Assembly (NCBI GenBank): GCA_965112735.1
Contig: OZ218952.1
Coordinates: 3,658,001-3,722,000 of the forward strand
Source of the DNA: Phaeosaccion multiseriatum
Taxonomy: Eukaryota > Protista > Ochrophyta, other classes
Direction: 5' to 3'
DNA: 64,000 bases
Positions 61,903-64,000 of this stretch are shown here, in pieces. The position numbers were made by a program, and so were the translations under genes. The stretch's first letter is position 1. Each line of letters starts with the position of its first letter. The notes below the pieces were generated by a model. It worked only from the letters and a program-made list of their open reading frames with translations. It did not search any database and was not told where the DNA came from.

Positions 61903-62366
61903 GCTATTGTTTTTGGTGTTGTTCTTGTTGGTGTTATTGCTCCATCAGTACGAGTGCTCCAGTGATGTGTCGTTTGACTCTGAAAGGCAGTCAGTCACTC
62001 GCTGAACCTCCCCTCCCCCTCTGCTGCTTGTGCCATCTTTCTCTCTCCCCTCTTCTCTCTCTCACCCCCTCTCTGTTTGTGTGTTTCATTTGTGTCTATT
62101 TCTCCCTTTTTCCCTGGCATGCATCTGTCTCTTCGTTGTGTTGCCCCCCCCCCCCCCTCCCAACAGCTGCTTTTGTGGCAATGGGTGCAGAGCATTCCGT
62201 GGCCAACATGTTCCTCATCCCTCTGGGGCTCTTCAACGGCGCCACAGTGACGTGGGCGGACGTTCTGCTCAAGAACATTCTGCCCGTGACGCTTGGCAAC
62301 ATTGTGGGAGGTGCGGTGGTGCAGTCGGGCACTTACGCTGCCATCTACGGCTCCCTGCTCAAGTGA
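59618..62366 (+). CDS. Formate/nitrite transporter (FNT; NAR1/LCIA-like), multi-exon
   Basis: [61 protein letters not shown] and [10 protein letters not shown]; signal-peptide-like first exon [16 protein letters not shown] (5' model tentative). Confidence 0.92.
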
Positions 62367-63138
62367 ACTGGAACTGGAACTCGAACTGGAAACTGGAGCA
62401 AAAAAGCGATGCAGGCATATGGGCGGGAGGGAGGGAGAGCGCTGAACAGCTCCAGACAGATGCCCGTGCGTTAAGTAGCGCCACGGGGGGGTAGGGATGC
62501 TGCAGTAGCTGGGTACGGGCACTCCGCCCCTCAGGGGGGGGGGAAGGGATGGATGGCATGAAGTTGGGTTGGATAGTTTTTTAATTTAATTTAAAAAAAA
62601 ATAATCAACAAATCACCTTAAGTACCCTTATGCACCGATATATGACTAGAATTTATTCTGTGCCTCAGAGTATTATTGTATCTGTTTTGTGCCTAAAAGA
62701 AACGCGATACGGCATTAATGGTGTGCCTCAGCAGAGTCTTTCCTTTTCCATGTGCACCTCCGCCCTCCCTCCCTCCCTCCACCGATTTCCCTATTTTTAG
62801 AATCAATGGATACTATGTACAGCGGATTGCAGTGGATGGGTGGATGCATGGGGAAGCCGGTGGGGTACTTCGGATGGGGCGTCTTCCCCTGCTCGACTGA
62901 TCTAACCGAGAGCGAGGTGCACCCTCTTTCCTCATCCCTCGGGGGCCCTGCTGCCCTGATGGAATAGTTGGGGTAGACAGGCACACCCGCCTTGCCTCCC
63001 TCCCTCCCTCCCTCCCTCCTCTCTCCGTCGAATCTACTACCGAAAGAAGAAAGAAGAAACAACAACAATAGCAGCACCACCAAAACACCCACTACCCTTC
63101 AGCCGACCCGCTGGCTGCCAAGTGCCAACCAAAGAAAG

Positions 63139-63340
63139 CTATGGAGCAGCAGCAGCCTGAGGAATTGGTGGTACAACGAATGTTTGGTTGGGCTCCCGCT
63201 TCTCCACCTTCCACTCGATGACCTTCTGACTGCCAACAGATGGGTCCGCCGACTCGAGCATGACGTTCCACACATGGCCCACGAATGAGTTCACGGTCAC
63301 CAGCTGTGGCAAGAAAGGGTAGAAAAAACACGGAACAAGC

Positions 63341-63396
<56 letters not shown>

Positions 63397-63761
63397 GAGA
63401 GAAGCGGTGGCGACAAGGTCATGCGTATGTCAACAGGAAGAGGACAAAAGGGAAGTTGCAAATTACCCGTCGCTTGCCGCCGCCGCCCCGCCCGTCCCCT
63501 CGCTCTCCTCTCCTCCCATCTCAGCGCCTAAGAGCCTGAGAGAAAAGAGAAGCGTATCTCGCCGCTCTCCCCATCGTCTCTCGCCCCTTCGCCTTTCTCT
63601 CCCCTCCTACCCCCACCCAAGCGTCTGCTCACCTTGCCAGGGGCCATAGTGTCCCACAGCTGATCATCCCCGTAATAGAGTGTCACAGGAGGGTTGGTTT
63701 CGGGGTTCTGGAACACCGCCTTGACAGCGAAGTGCGCAGTGCTTAAAGCTCCAGCCGCGAT
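63139..63761 (-). CDS. 3' exons of a gene running off the window; C-terminal VHL-beta-like domain
   Basis: AVFQNPETNPPVTLYYGDDQLWDTMAPGK|LVTVNSFVGHVWNV resembles the F.N.....V.LYW....T..GH.W pattern. Confidence 0.55.
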
Positions 63762-64000
63762 CTGGAGGCAGGTTGGTAAGTAGGCAGGCAGACAGACAGG
63801 CAGGAAGGAAGGAAGGTAGGCGGGCAGGAAGTGGAGAAGACACAATTAGGCAGGCAGACAGGCAGTCAGGCCGGCAGTCAGTCAGTCAGTCAGTCAGTCA
63901 GTCAGTCAGTCAGTGAATCAGTCAGTGAATCAGTCAGTCAGTCAGTCAGTCAGTGAATCAGTACTCACTCACTACCCTCACCCACTGACCTCGACGTTCC

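Overview
Gene-dense, intron-rich eukaryotic nuclear DNA. It is most likely from a photosynthetic stramenopile (ochrophyte) alga, inferred from GT-AG introns, bipartite signal+Phe plastid presequences and a TAT-type thylakoid lumen protein. Contents: the 3' end of a hAT transposase, about 13 ordinary protein genes (DAO-like oxidoreductase, SLC4 transporter, PsbQ-like protein, XPA, DHHC palmitoyltransferase, 2/2 globin, a very large Cdc6, CGI-121, BK-type K+ channel, truncated AMP-binding protein, receptor-like RING E3, HAT1, FNT/NAR1 transporter), a partial gene at the right edge, a small TIR-bounded MITE family and abundant microsatellites. Most notable: (1) three intronless, mosaic PPR-SMR paralogues with 14, 10 and 16 repeats that differ mainly at RNA-specificity residues, resembling a diversifying set of programmable RNA endonucleases; (2) a 12-mer, GTTGGTGATACA, scattered through exons in several frames, introns and intergenic DNA far above chance; (3) introns with G-rich 5' and complementary C-rich 3' microsatellites; (4) Cdc6 fused to six copies of an unnamed ~55-aa repeat domain. 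All calls were made by eye without database searches, and several 5' ends are approximate.
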